Both the position numbers and the translations under genes were made by a program. A stretch of 64,000 nt of DNA. Source: a virus (Duplodnaviria; Heunggongvirae; Uroviricota; Caudoviricetes). The DNA lies in the IMG/VR virus record IMGVR_UViG_2526164662_000021, positions 32,001 through 96,000 of that record. One strand, 5' to 3'. Positions 28,966 through 38,418 of this stretch are shown here, in pieces. The notes beneath the pieces were generated by a model, which worked only from the letters and a program-made list of their open reading frames with translations, was not told the DNA's origin and made no database searches. Within the stretch, counting starts at the first letter, position 1. Every line of letters begins with the position of its first letter.

Positions 28966-29811
28966 TTAAAGTGTCGCCTTGTTTAATTCATCAAGAACAG
29001 AATCAGGAACCAAAGCTGCGACTGCGCTGGCGGTGCTGGCCTTATTTGCTGATGCTTCCGCCAGCGCGGTTCCGATAGCATGGTTATAAGCAGTTATGGC
29101 TACGCTGGCGCTTTCCTTCGCTCGTTCATACTGCTGTTGCAATGCTGCTACCGGTACTGTTGTCTGGTCGAAAAAAGCACCAAATTGTTCAGTAGCTTCC
29201 TTCAGTGCTTCAACTTGTTGTTCTGTCAGTGCTGGTGGGGGAGTGACTGCGCCGCCACCTGAATCAGAGCCTGACGAGCTTCCTGAGCCTGTGTTAAGGG
29301 TCTGGTTAACGTCCCCCATAGCAGCGACTAAACTCGACGCATTAAGCGCATTTACAGCGTCCTCAAGCGATTTCGTTGTAGTCGCGTCACCAATGGCAAT
29401 AGAGATCGGCAGTTCTGAAACTTCTCGCTCATTAGCACGACAGTAAACATCCCAACCAATATCGAGTTGAAGGAGCATTGACAGATCAGCATAACCAGCC
29501 AACAGGTCCGCGTGCTGAGTTGCCAGCCCTCCAATATTCGTTAAACCGGTTGCGGTTGTTCTGATCGTTGAAACATAGCTGGTAATAGTGTCGGGATAGA
29601 CAATTGTATCCAGAATTAATCCGGTCAATTCTTCTGCAAGCAGTTTTGCTGTGTTAGCACTGTTTCGTGCCGATGTTATGGCACCAGGTGTTTTCATCCC
29701 ACCGGCGGCGGCCAATTTTTTATATGCGGATAACTGGTAGACTTTTTCCAGCATGATATCTCCTAACTTACCTGAACCAGGCCGTCTCCGGACGCTACGG
29801 TAGATCCGCAT
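28966..29811 (-). CDS. Hypothetical protein
   Basis: ORF, probable start at internal Met near 29754 (MLEKVYQL...); Ser/Gly-rich linker. Confidence 0.4.
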   Translation of the reverse strand: MRIYRSVRRRPGSGKLGDIMLEKVYQLSAYKKLAAAGGMKTPGAITSARNSANTAKLLAEELTGLILDTIVYPDTITSYVSTIRTTATGLTNIGGLATQHADLLAGYADLSMLLQLDIGWDVYCRANEREVSELPISIAIGDATTTKSLEDAVNALNASSLVAAMGDVNQTLNTGSGSSSGSDSGGGAVTPPPALTEQQVEALKEATEQFGAFFDQTTVPVAALQQQYERAKESASVAITAYNHAIGTALAEASANKASTASAVAALVPDSVLDELNKATL

Positions 29812-30047
29812 GAAACAGGGTCACCAACGCATACGATCCCTTTACCATTGACGGTAAACCATGCCCTGGTTGATATAGCTTGCCCACCGTGCGTACTGTT
29901 TCCATCGGTATGCTGTGCATATTGCTTACCATCAACTAACACTTCGACTCCGTTGACTTTAAGTAGTGGTTCACTCTCTACAGGAGGCCTGGATGGGAAT
30001 CCTCCGTGCCCCGAACAAATGCTGTCTTTTGTTGCAATACTTGCCAC
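29763..30047 (-). CDS. PAAR-like spike-tip protein
   Basis: 94 aa; SGHGGFP ... VNG ... H..DG..HGG ... VNGKGIVCVGDPVSCGSTVASGDGLVQV resembles PAAR repeat proteins. Confidence 0.5.
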   Translation of the reverse strand: MASIATKDSICSGHGGFPSRPPVESEPLLKVNGVEVLVDGKQYAQHTDGNSTHGGQAISTRAWFTVNGKGIVCVGDPVSCGSTVASGDGLVQVS

Positions 30048-30128
30048 GTCATCACCAATTATTTGCTCTGATTTTCGTTATTTTAACTCAGGTTGTTTGT
30101 GGTCTACATGGAGTTCAACTATTGCAAA

Positions 30129-30145
30129 ATTGCTCTAATAAATAT
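30129..30145 (+). promoter_or_regulatory. C1 operator-like 17-mer upstream of uhr-hrdC-dmt
   Basis: ATTGCTCTAATAAATAT (16/17). Confidence 0.6.
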
Positions 30146-30216
30146 TGTTTTTTATGTCGTATTTTCGGTACCATTCAGCCATCGCCCTTCAATGGGCATT
30201 TGTTTGGAGTCGTCAG

Positions 30217-30501
30217 ATGCAGATGGAGCTAATAAGCCGCAAAGAGTTCGATAGCCGTGTAACCAGCGGTGAACTCGACAACTTGCAGGCTATCAAGGTG
30301 AAAGAAGGCTTTTGCCTCATTGGGAATCAGAGCGGAACAAATCGCGTTTTTATGCTTCGCCGTACGGATTTGAAGCCATTTGTCTGGAAGAACGAAATTG
30401 GTCCCAGCTCATACGCTCAAACGAGGGGGTGCCACAACCTGGCCTTTTTCTACAAAGACGAGCTTTCTGTGGTTGATATTCAAGGGTTACAACATGTTTA
30501 A
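30217..30501 (+). CDS. Small hypothetical protein upstream of hrdC
   Basis: ORF from internal Met ([11 protein letters not shown]...); stop overlaps the hrdC start region. Confidence 0.35.
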   Translation: MQMELISRKEFDSRVTSGELDNLQAIKVKEGFCLIGNQSGTNRVFMLRRTDLKPFVWKNEIGPSSYAQTRGCHNLAFFYKDELSVVDIQGLQHV

Positions 30502-31399
30502 GCACTGGAAAAACATTACTATTTATAAACTTTCTCGTGAGGCGGATCTGACCGACTTAGAAGATAAAAAGAAAATGATCCTTTTCACGCCATGCGGTAG
30601 TCAGGATATGGCCAAGTTCGGTTTTGTATCTCCATTTGGTGATAATTCCGAAGTTATCGCTATGCATGGAAATGGTTTTATCCTTGTTGAAGCAAAGCGC
30701 GAAACAAAAATTCTTCCCCCGCCGGTTATCCAGCGAGCTATTCAAGAAAAAATTGAAAAACTTGAGCAAGAACAAGCGCGTAAACTGAAGAAAACAGAGA
30801 AGGACTCCCTGAAAGACGAAGTTCTGCATTCTCTTCTGCCACGGGCTTTTTCAAAGTTTTCTGTTATCCAGGCGATCTACGACGGTTCAACTAAACGTAT
30901 CTATATCAATGCCAGCGCGCGGCAGGCAGAGGATATGCTCGCGCTTATGCGTAAGTCTCTGGGTTCTCTTCCTGTTGTTCCCCTGAGTGTTGAAAATCCC
31001 ATTGAATTAACGCTGACCGACTGGGTACGTGATGGTAGTGCTCCACAGGGATTTCAAATGGGGGATGCGGCAGAACTTAAGGCAGTGCTTGAGGATGGCG
31101 GTATTGCCCGAGTGAAAAAGCAGGATTTGGGAAGCGATGAAATTTCCACACACCTGGAAGCTGGCAAGCTCGTCACTAAGTTGGCACTCGACTGGCAGAA
31201 CCGCATTAAATTTACACTGGACCATAACTTCAGCCTTACCAGCGTCAAATTTGCGGATGAATTGCTTGATCAGAACTCTGATATTGATAGTGAAGATGTA
31301 GCGCAGCGACTGGACGCAGATTTCTTCCTGTTGACCAGTGAAATTTCGTGCCTGGTTGATGCTCTGGTAAATGCCCTTGGTGGAGAGGCTAAGCAGTGA
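30494..31399 (+). CDS. hrdC: RdgC-like recombination-associated protein
   Basis: Start [13 protein letters not shown]...; strong similarity by eye to E. coli RdgC ([67 protein letters not shown]). Confidence 0.75.
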   Translation: MFKHWKNITIYKLSREADLTDLEDKKKMILFTPCGSQDMAKFGFVSPFGDNSEVIAMHGNGFILVEAKRETKILPPPVIQRAIQEKIEKLEQEQARKLKKTEKDSLKDEVLHSLLPRAFSKFSVIQAIYDGSTKRIYINASARQAEDMLALMRKSLGSLPVVPLSVENPIELTLTDWVRDGSAPQGFQMGDAAELKAVLEDGGIARVKKQDLGSDEISTHLEAGKLVTKLALDWQNRIKFTLDHNFSLTSVKFADELLDQNSDIDSEDVAQRLDADFFLLTSEISCLVDALVNALGGEAKQ

Positions 31400-33660
31400 A
31401 AGAGCTGTGCTATGGATCTGTTTGCAGTGGAATTGAAGCCGCGAGTATTGCCTGGGAACCGTTGGGTATGCGTCCGGCGTGGTTTGCTGAAATCGAGCCT
31501 TTTCCATCTGCCGTTCTTGCGCACCGCTGGCCCCATGTCGCCAACCTTGGCGACATGACAAAACTTGCCAAAAAAGTCCTGGCTGGGGAAATCGAATCCC
31601 CTGATGTGCTCGTCGGGGGAACACCTTGTCAGGCATTCAGTATCGCTGGATTACGTGGTGGGCTTGATGATGAGCGTGGCGCGCTAACTTTAAAGTATGT
31701 GGAGCTTGCAAATGCAATTGACGACAAACGGGCTGAGTCATTTCTCAAACCGACAGTTATCGTCTGGGAAAATGTCCCAGGAGTCCTGTCATCGGCAGAT
31801 AACGCCTTCGGATGTTTCCTTGCCGGATTGGCTGGAGAAGATGCGCCATTTGAACCAGGTGATCGACCTGAATCAGGAAAAAGTAACGCGTTCTGGCGGT
31901 GGGATGGCAAAACCGGTTGCCATGCTCCAAAGTGGCCGCAGTGTGGTTGTATTTATGGACCGCAGCGAAAGGTGGCCTGGAGAATCCTTGATGCCCAATA
32001 CTTCGGAGTGGCACAACGACGCCGACGCGTGTTTGTTGTCGCAAGTGCTCGAACAGACCTCGATCCCGCAACGGTACTTTTTGAGTTCGAAGGCGTGCGC
32101 CGGAATATTGCGCCGAGCCGAAAAAAGAAGGAAATCGCTTCCGCCATTATTGCAAATGGCGCTGCAATCAGTGGCGAAAGCCTAAATCCATGCCTACACG
32201 CTGACATGCCACCCGGTATGAAATCGACGAAAGCCGTAAACGCTTTCAGGATGGCAGCATTTGGGGAATATATTGACGATGAAACCGCATCGACAGTAAA
32301 GGCAAGAGATTTTAAAGATGCCACTGACCTTGCCGTTTTTAGCAGCACAGGAGCAGGTTTTTGGTCAGAAGGGCATGGTACATTGCGGGCACGTGAGCAA
32401 GAAAGCCATGAGCATCTTGTTACATTGGCTTTTCCTGAGCGTATGAGCGGTACACAACATGCTGCAACTAAGAATACTTCACCATCTCTGATGGCTAAAA
32501 ATCCAACAGCTGTTTGCTATGAAGTAAGAAACGCAGAAGTAGCTGTCCGCCGTCTTACCCCTGTCGAATGTGAAAGGCTGCAAGGTTTTCCTGATGGGCA
32601 TACGTTGATCCCGACGGAAAAGCGTAAAAAAGTTAATTCAGATGAACTGGCATATCTTCGCAATCACTATCCAGATTTAAGCGAAGAAGAGGCCGCGATG
32701 CTTGCAGCTGACGGACCGCGTTACAAAGCGATCGGCAATAGTATGGCAATACCAGTAATGCGCTGGATTGGCGATCGGATTACTAAGGCCGTATGTCGGC
32801 AGAAAGAAGGAAGTGAAACAAAAGAGCGAAAAGTTAAACCAGCGGCAGAATTCGAACGGTCCATATTCAAATGGGCTGGTGGAAAATTTGGTGTTCTGGA
32901 ACAAATCTTTCGCTATTTGCCAGAAGGGAAGCGCCTGATCGAACCTTTTGTCGGTGGCGGAGCTGTCTTCACGAATGCCGGATACCAGGAAAATCTGCTA
33001 AATGATGTGAATGCTGACCTGATTAACTTTTACAAGACTCTGCAACGCGAGGCGCATTCACTTATCACACTGGCGCATCGGTTTTTCCAGGACTACAACA
33101 CACAGGAAGGATACCTGGCAGTACGGAATGCGTTTAACAAACAAGTCTATGATGATTTACATCGCGCAGCGGCGTTTTTGTTCCTGAACCGACATTGTTT
33201 TAACGGATTGACGCGTTACAACCAGGCCGGTGAGTTCAATGTCGGTTATGGGAAGTATAAAACTCCGTATTTCCCATTACAGGAGATGGAAGCCTTCCTC
33301 GGTGCGGAAGGGCGTTCTGAGTTTGTATGTGGTGATTTTGCTGCGGTGATTGAAGCTGCCGGAGAAGGAGATGTCATCTTCTGTGATCCGCCGTATGAAC
33401 CGCTTCCAAATACAGAGGGATTCACGAACTATTCCGGTCATGACTTTAAGTTTGAAGAGCAAAAACGCCTGGTGTCTCTGTTGACGGATGCTCATCGCCG
33501 AGGTGCAAAGGTTCTCATTACTAACAGTGGCGCGCCAAACATCAGAGAGCTTTATCATGACAATGGCTTCAGAGTGGAACCTCTTTTTGCCAGACGTTCT
33601 GTGTCTTGTAAGGGGGACACTCGAGGTGTTGCTCATGACGTCTTAGGCATATTGCTCTAA
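31396..33660 (+). CDS. dmt: Bifunctional DNA methyltransferase (C5-cytosine N-terminal half, Dam-like N6-adenine C-terminal half)
   Basis: 754 aa; PCQ motif [12 protein letters not shown] (C5-MTase); [18 protein letters not shown] and DPPY (CDPPYEP) in the C-terminal half (Dam family); same length as P1 Dmt as recalled. Confidence 0.85.
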   Translation: MKELCYGSVCSGIEAASIAWEPLGMRPAWFAEIEPFPSAVLAHRWPHVANLGDMTKLAKKVLAGEIESPDVLVGGTPCQAFSIAGLRGGLDDERGALTLKYVELANAIDDKRAESFLKPTVIVWENVPGVLSSADNAFGCFLAGLAGEDAPFEPGDRPESGKSNAFWRWDGKTGCHAPKWPQCGCIYGPQRKVAWRILDAQYFGVAQRRRRVFVVASARTDLDPATVLFEFEGVRRNIAPSRKKKEIASAIIANGAAISGESLNPCLHADMPPGMKSTKAVNAFRMAAFGEYIDDETASTVKARDFKDATDLAVFSSTGAGFWSEGHGTLRAREQESHEHLVTLAFPERMSGTQHAATKNTSPSLMAKNPTAVCYEVRNAEVAVRRLTPVECERLQGFPDGHTLIPTEKRKKVNSDELAYLRNHYPDLSEEEAAMLAADGPRYKAIGNSMAIPVMRWIGDRITKAVCRQKEGSETKERKVKPAAEFERSIFKWAGGKFGVLEQIFRYLPEGKRLIEPFVGGGAVFTNAGYQENLLNDVNADLINFYKTLQREAHSLITLAHRFFQDYNTQEGYLAVRNAFNKQVYDDLHRAAAFLFLNRHCFNGLTRYNQAGEFNVGYGKYKTPYFPLQEMEAFLGAEGRSEFVCGDFAAVIEAAGEGDVIFCDPPYEPLPNTEGFTNYSGHDFKFEEQKRLVSLLTDAHRRGAKVLITNSGAPNIRELYHDNGFRVEPLFARRSVSCKGDTRGVAHDVLGILL

Positions 33661-33679
33661 TAAATTTATTAGTGTAATA
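33651..33679. promoter_or_regulatory. Two overlapping inverted C1 operator-like 17-mers
   Basis: ATTGCTCTAATAAATTT (33651-33667, 17/17) overlapping the reverse-orientation ATTACACTAATAAATTT (33663-33679). Confidence 0.6.
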
Positions 33680-34049
33680 TCGTCTCAATGAATCGTGATT
33701 TATAGAGCGATTTAGCTGTTAGCCGCGACAGGCGCGGCGGTAAGCATGGCTGGGCCTAGTCCTCCCAGACAAACCACCGAGTTGCCAGGTTGACCATGCG
33801 CCTAAGTGGCAACGCCGAAGTGCGTTACGAGCTTCCAGTTTGCCCATCTTCGGGTGGGCGTTTTTTTCAGGGTTTTCGTCATGGTTAGCGACTTTGCGGC
33901 GGTTTAGAAACTGACCATTAAAGTAAATGCAAACGATGATCTGATGATGGTAGCGGCCTAAGAAGCCAGACGCCACGGGGTATGAGTCGTCCCCCGTCAA
34001 AAAATCGACCGCAGAGTGTCCCCGTCTGTGTATTAGGGAACGGGGAGGC

Positions 34050-34129
34050 ACAACAGGTAAGGGCGCTGGTGTGATTAACCAGATGAACGAGAAGGGGCCA
34101 TCTGTTGGTCAGCGTCCTTTCCTGTTGCG
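34050..34129 (+). ncRNA. Structured element A (long imperfect inverted repeat, tRNA-associated family)
   Basis: 5-prime arm CAACAGGTAAGGG (34051-34063) pairs with CCTTTCCTGTTGCG (34116-34129), enclosing internal hairpins; arm motif shared with elements at 34487 and 35391. Confidence 0.3.
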
Positions 34130-34332
34130 TCTTCTTTTCAGCGTAACAGCGGTGCTTAACAGCACTTTGGGTACAGTTCCACGAATTTACGGGTATATCC
34201 CGTCATGCTGAAAGCGCTAATCACGCTGGAAGCCAGGGTTATGCATCCCCTGTTACCGAATTGCAGCCAGGGCGCGGTGCGCCGAAAAGCATACGGAGGT
34301 GGAAGCCCTCGCCGGAGACGTACCCGGCAAGT

Positions 34333-34408
34333 GATGGTGTAGCTCAGCGGTTAGAGCGGTTGACTGTTAATCAACGGGTCGATGGTTCAAATCCATCCAC
34401 CATCGCCA
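34333..34408 (+). tRNA. tRNA-Asn (anticodon GTT)
   Basis: Manual cloverleaf: acceptor GATGGTG/CACCATC, D-stem GCTC/GAGC, anticodon stem GTTGA/TCAAC, loop CTGTTAA, T-arm GATGG-TTCAAAT-CCATC, encoded CCA. Confidence 0.85.
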
Positions 34409-34410
34409 AT

Positions 34411-34486
34411 GCCGGTTTAGCTCAGTTGGTAGAGCGCCTGCCTTGTAAGCAGGATGTCAGCGGTTCGAGTCCGTTAACCGGCACCA
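34411..34486 (+). tRNA. tRNA-Thr (anticodon TGT)
   Basis: Manual cloverleaf: acceptor GCCGGTT/AACCGGC, anticodon stem CCTGC/GCAGG, loop CTTGTAA, T-loop TTCGAGT, encoded CCA. Confidence 0.85.
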
Positions 34487-34574
34487 ACACAACAGGTAAG
34501 GGTATTTTGCGACGTCGGAGATCGCCGTGCTTGGCAGAGGGTTCGAATCCCTACGAAGTACCCTTACCGTTGTG
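34487..34574 (+). ncRNA. tRNA-like structured element B abutting tRNA-Thr
   Basis: 16-bp stem CACAACAGGTAAGGGTA / TACCCTTACCGTTGTG encloses a canonical T-arm (AGGG-TTCGAAT-CCCT) but no standard acceptor/CCA or anticodon arm. Confidence 0.3.
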
Positions 34575-34710
34575 ATGAAGTGCAGCTCTTAGAAGCAACC
34601 AGAAGATAAGCATCTGGCTTCACAACATAAACCGCAGGAACGACCAATAAACGGTAGTCCGTATGGAGAACACCCCGTTGAGGAAGAGGCCTGGCCGGAA
34701 CCGTAACCGG

Positions 34711-34816
34711 CACTACAACGTTGAGAACACTGGCGTAACGGGGTCATATCCCAATCTACGAATAAATGTTGCGTTGCAGCGTGACAACCAGTGTTCTCAA
34801 CGTTGTGGTGAATGCA
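34711..34816 (+). ncRNA. Structured element C (23-bp inverted repeat with T-arm-like core)
   Basis: CACTACAACGTTGAGAACACTGG (34711-34733) pairs 22/23 with CCAGTGTTCTCAACGTTGTGGTG (34788-34810); core GTAACGGGGTCATATCCCAATCTAC and trailing TGAATGC shared with element D. Confidence 0.3.
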
Positions 34817-34923
34817 CAGGCTGATGTGCCGCAACTACAGTAGTGCGCGCTTTGCGGGGCTTGCTACAACCCTGTGTCGGAGTTCAGCACCGACCATCAC
34901 AATTTATTTAGAAACTGTCACCC

Positions 34924-35337
34924 ATGAGTGCGAGAACGGTAATTATGCAGAAAGAGCAGTTTGTTATTTCTTTAGTGGTTAGCACCAGTTATCAGGTCGA
35001 TAAAGTTTCGAAAGAAGATGCATCTGAAATTGATGTTGTAGATGTGTTCGGTAACGAACTCAAAATACCACTTCGTGAATTTAATGAAATAGCAGCTCCG
35101 TTGGGCAAAATTGACGGCTTGGAGGAATACCACAAGCGAATGATTATCGAACGTGCTCAGCTATGCCAGCGCATAAATAAGCTTGTTCGATTCATTGGAA
35201 CAGATAAATTCCTCACTATAGACCAGTGCAAGCAGTTGGATTTGGAAATTCAGCTCGGAAGCATGATTGATTATCGAAAAGCTCTTGATGCTCGCTTGGT
35301 CCAATTAACCAAAAACTATCCGTCAGCAAGCAGCTAA
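34924..35337 (+). CDS. Hypothetical protein
   Basis: 137-aa ORF between the structured elements; no recognisable motif. Confidence 0.4.
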   Translation: MSARTVIMQKEQFVISLVVSTSYQVDKVSKEDASEIDVVDVFGNELKIPLREFNEIAAPLGKIDGLEEYHKRMIIERAQLCQRINKLVRFIGTDKFLTIDQCKQLDLEIQLGSMIDYRKALDARLVQLTKNYPSASS

Positions 35338-35390
35338 TTATAAATTTGGGGCGGATGGTTAGTCCGCCGTTAACTCCATGAAACGGAGTA

Positions 35391-35477
35391 CGCAACAGGT
35401 AAGAGCATTCTCCTGTAACGGGTTCATATCCCAATCTACAGGTCCACCAAGAATGCTCTTTCCGTTGCGGTGAATGC
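35391..35477 (+). ncRNA. Structured element D (combines the arm motif of A/B with the core motif of C)
   Basis: CGCAACAGGTAAGAGCATTCTC pairs with GAATGCTCTTTCCGTTGCGG; core GTAACGGGTTCATATCCCAATCTAC; trailing TGAATGC. Confidence 0.3.
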
Positions 35478-35619
35478 GGCTAAGCGCACGCGGGGAAATG
35501 GTTATATCAGTCCATTCATTTCTCCTTGTTTCCCCGTCCACGGTGGATAACCAGCCAAAGGACACCGGGAGGCACCCAGCACCGCAGCTTTTTTATTCGT
35601 TAAATAATGGAGTGAGAGG

Positions 35620-35856
35620 ATGCAGAACAATCCGAACAAATGTCGAACGCTATGGGTGCGGTTATATATTTATGCCGTCCTCTGTTTGATTGTGTCACTG
35701 GTTCTGTATGTTTGGCTTTTGCCAAATATGATCTCATCTAACAGCACAATACTTGTATTGTTGGGAGTCCTTCTTGCGCTCATTTACCCGGCTTTCGCAG
35801 TAGTCTTTTTTCGTGAAAAAACCAGGAAATTAATTAATGAAAAAAACGTTGATTAG
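35620..35856 (+). CDS. Small two-TM membrane protein
   Basis: 78 aa with two hydrophobic segments; 3-prime end overlaps the start of the SPFH lipoprotein gene. Confidence 0.45.
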   Translation: MQNNPNKCRTLWVRLYIYAVLCLIVSLVLYVWLLPNMISSNSTILVLLGVLLALIYPAFAVVFFREKTRKLINEKNVD

Positions 35857-36664
35857 TGCAGCGATTATTTTGGGTTCTTTATGCCTGACCGGATGCGATC
35901 GGGTAGAGCCAGGTAACGTAGGGATCAAAGTAAATAAGCTGGGGGATGATAAAGGTATCGGTGAAGTAGTTGGCGTTGGTCGCTACTGGACAGGCTTGAA
36001 TACTGAAGTTTATATCTTCCCGACCTTTAAGCAAATGAAGACATACGATGAGCCGTTCAGCTTCCAGATGAGCGACGGAACAACCATTGGTTACCACATC
36101 GGCGTAGCCTACAAGGTTGATCCAGCAAAAGTCACAACGGTATTTCAGACCTATCGCAAAGGTGTAGATGATATTACTGATACCGATCTACGCCAGAAGG
36201 TTGCAGATGCTCTGAACCGGTTAGCCAGCAAAATGACCACCGACAAATTTATCGACGGTGGCAAATCTGAATTGCTTGATGCAGCCCTTAAAGACATTCA
36301 GGAAGAAATGACGCCAATCGGCATTCAGGTGATGAGCCTCTCTTATGTAGGTAAGCCAGAATACCCGCCAACAGTTATTGACAGTATTAACGCCAAAGTC
36401 ACGGCAAACCAAAAAACCCTGCAACGCGAGCAAGAGGTCAAACAACGTGAAGCAGAGGCCAACATGCTGCGCGCGGAAGCTGCCGGACAGGCTGATGCTA
36501 TTCGCACAAAAGCCCAGGCCGAAGCTGATGCCATTCGTTTACGTGGTGAAGCTCTGCGCCAGAACCCCGGTGTTATGGAGTTGGAAGCGATCAACAAATG
36601 GAACGGTACATTACCGCAGTATATGACCAGTAATGCCGCTGTTCCGTTTGTTCCGGTGAAATAA
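35837..36664 (+). CDS. SPFH/band-7 (prohibitin-like) domain lipoprotein
   Basis: Lipobox LCLTGC after signal peptide; SPFH-like core and C-terminal Ala/Glu-rich coiled region (QREQEVKQREAEANMLRAEAAGQADAIR). Confidence 0.6.
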   Translation: MKKTLISAAIILGSLCLTGCDRVEPGNVGIKVNKLGDDKGIGEVVGVGRYWTGLNTEVYIFPTFKQMKTYDEPFSFQMSDGTTIGYHIGVAYKVDPAKVTTVFQTYRKGVDDITDTDLRQKVADALNRLASKMTTDKFIDGGKSELLDAALKDIQEEMTPIGIQVMSLSYVGKPEYPPTVIDSINAKVTANQKTLQREQEVKQREAEANMLRAEAAGQADAIRTKAQAEADAIRLRGEALRQNPGVMELEAINKWNGTLPQYMTSNAAVPFVPVK

Positions 36665-36691
36665 AAGCGTAAGCAAAATTGGCAGTAATCC

Positions 36692-36767
36692 GGCCCTTTA
36701 GCTCAGTGGTTAGAGCTGGCGACTCATAATCGCACGGTCACCGGTTCAAGTCCGGTAGGGGCCACCA
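36692..36767 (+). tRNA. tRNA with CAT anticodon (Ile2-lysidine type or Met)
   Basis: Manual cloverleaf: acceptor GGCCCTT/AGGGGCC, D-arm GCTC-AGTGGTTA-GAGC, anticodon loop CTCATAA, T-arm ACCGG-TTCAAGT-CCGGT, encoded CCA. Confidence 0.8.
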
Positions 36768-37047
36768 TATTTGGTTGTAACACGGCGTCTGGCACATGCG
36801 TCGTTAGCGGTCTGGTGACGTTAAAAGGGGGGAACCTTGCCCCTAGCTCAGGCAACGAACCAGGTAGCCGGAATGTGCAAGCCACCGTTTGTTGTTTCTC
36901 GGGTAAAGGGATTCACCATCCTGGCGATTCGGTGTGACAGCCGGGAAGAGTCCGGCGCATTAATCCTGATTTTCTGGTGATGACTCATATCGTTAGGAGT
37001 GATTTGAGTATGCCGATTATATCTGACATTCAGCACGCCTGGGTGGA

Positions 37048-38418
37048 GTGCTAATGTCTGCATCCCCTCTTGAATCCATGCCAAATTCCCTTAGTGCAGA
37101 ACAAGCTGTACTTGGTGGCTTAATGCTTGATAACTGCCGCTGGGATGAAGTTGCAGATCGTATAGTTGCTGATGATTTTTATACCAGTGCTCATCGTGAA
37201 ATTTTCAGTGAGATGGAGAGGTTATTAAGTCATGGCAAACCGATTGATTTGATAACACTTGCTGAAGCACTTGAACAGAACGGTAAATTAGAACGCGCCG
37301 GTGGTTTTGCGTACCTTGCGGAGATGTCAAAGAACACGCCCAGCGCGGCAAATATTTGTGCTTATGCGGATATCGTTCGTGAACGCGCGGTTGTTCGTGA
37401 AATGATTTCCGTCGCAAATGAAATAGCCGAAGCTGGATATGCGCAGGATGGCAGGGGCAGCAATGAATTGCTGGATATGGCCGAGCGCCGCGTTTTTGAA
37501 ATAGCTGAAAAACGACAAAAGAGCGGTAGTGGTCCAAAAGATATCGCCAGCATTCTCGATGCAACGGTATCTCGCATAGAAGAGTTGTTTCAGCGACCAC
37601 ATGATGGTGTAACGGGGCTTGATACGGGATTTACCGATCTCAATAAGAAGACGGCAGGGCTTCAGCCGTCCGATCTCATCATTGTCGCCGCCCGCCCATC
37701 TATGGGGAAGACCACGTTTGCGATGAATCTCGTCGAAAATGCCGCAGTCCGTAACTATAAGCCCGTATTGGTTTTTAGCCTTGAGATGCCGAGCCACCAG
37801 CTGATGATGCGCTCACTGGCTTCTCTTGCACGCGTTGATCAGACTCGTATTCGAACAGGGCAACTTAACGACGAGGATTGGGCGCGGGTTTCTGGCGCAA
37901 TGGGTATTCTGTTGGACAAGCAGAATATTTTTATTGATGACTCAAGCGCCCTGACGCCGACAGAGCTACGTTCCCGCGCTCGTCGTGTTTATAAAGAAAA
38001 TGGTGGTTTGAGCATGATTATGATCGACTACCTGCAACTTATGAGCGTCCCCGAGCTGCAAGATAACCGAACGCTGGAAATTGCCGAGATTTCTCGCTCA
38101 CTGAAGGCGTTGGCGAAGGAATTACAAGTACCGGTGGTGGCATTGTCACAACTTAATCGATCGCTTGAACAGCGTGCGGACAAACGACCGGTAAATTCAG
38201 ATTTACGTGAATCAGGAGCAATTGAGCAGGACGCAGACCTGATCATGTTTCTGTATCGCGACGAAGTTTATCACCCGGATAGCGAAATGAAGGGCATTGC
38301 CGAGGTAATTATCGGAAAGCAACGAAATGGCCCAATTGGCACGGTGAGATTGGCTTTTAACGGCCAATACTCACGGTTTGATAACTATGCTGGTGCTGAC
38401 TGGCAAGAGGATTATTAA
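37048..38418 (+). CDS. ban: DnaB-family replicative DNA helicase (P1 Ban-like)
   Basis: 456-aa ORF; Walker A ARPSMGKTTFA, Walker B-like MIMIDYLQLM, DnaB motifs (SLEMP, ALSQLNRSLEQR). Confidence 0.85.
   Translation: MLMSASPLESMPNSLSAEQAVLGGLMLDNCRWDEVADRIVADDFYTSAHREIFSEMERLLSHGKPIDLITLAEALEQNGKLERAGGFAYLAEMSKNTPSAANICAYADIVRERAVVREMISVANEIAEAGYAQDGRGSNELLDMAERRVFEIAEKRQKSGSGPKDIASILDATVSRIEELFQRPHDGVTGLDTGFTDLNKKTAGLQPSDLIIVAARPSMGKTTFAMNLVENAAVRNYKPVLVFSLEMPSHQLMMRSLASLARVDQTRIRTGQLNDEDWARVSGAMGILLDKQNIFIDDSSALTPTELRSRARRVYKENGGLSMIMIDYLQLMSVPELQDNRTLEIAEISRSLKALAKELQVPVVALSQLNRSLEQRADKRPVNSDLRESGAIEQDADLIMFLYRDEVYHPDSEMKGIAEVIIGKQRNGPIGTVRLAFNGQYSRFDNYAGADWQEDY

Noticed and set aside
31629-32348. 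Minus-strand ORFs inside dmt
   Set aside because: Antisense to the strongly motif-supported methyltransferase gene.
33719-34051. 110-aa minus-strand ORF
   Set aside because: Overlaps the operator pair and structured element A; no RBS; region better explained as regulatory/RNA.
34589-34834. 81-aa minus-strand ORF
   Set aside because: Coincides with the 23-bp inverted repeat of structured element C; a hairpin RNA is more plausible than a protein.
34333-36767. tRNA cluster considered as a prophage integration site with an adjacent integrase
   Set aside because: No integrase or recombinase is present in the window; the element has plasmid replication and partition systems and the tRNAs sit inside phage gene blocks, so they are phage-encoded.
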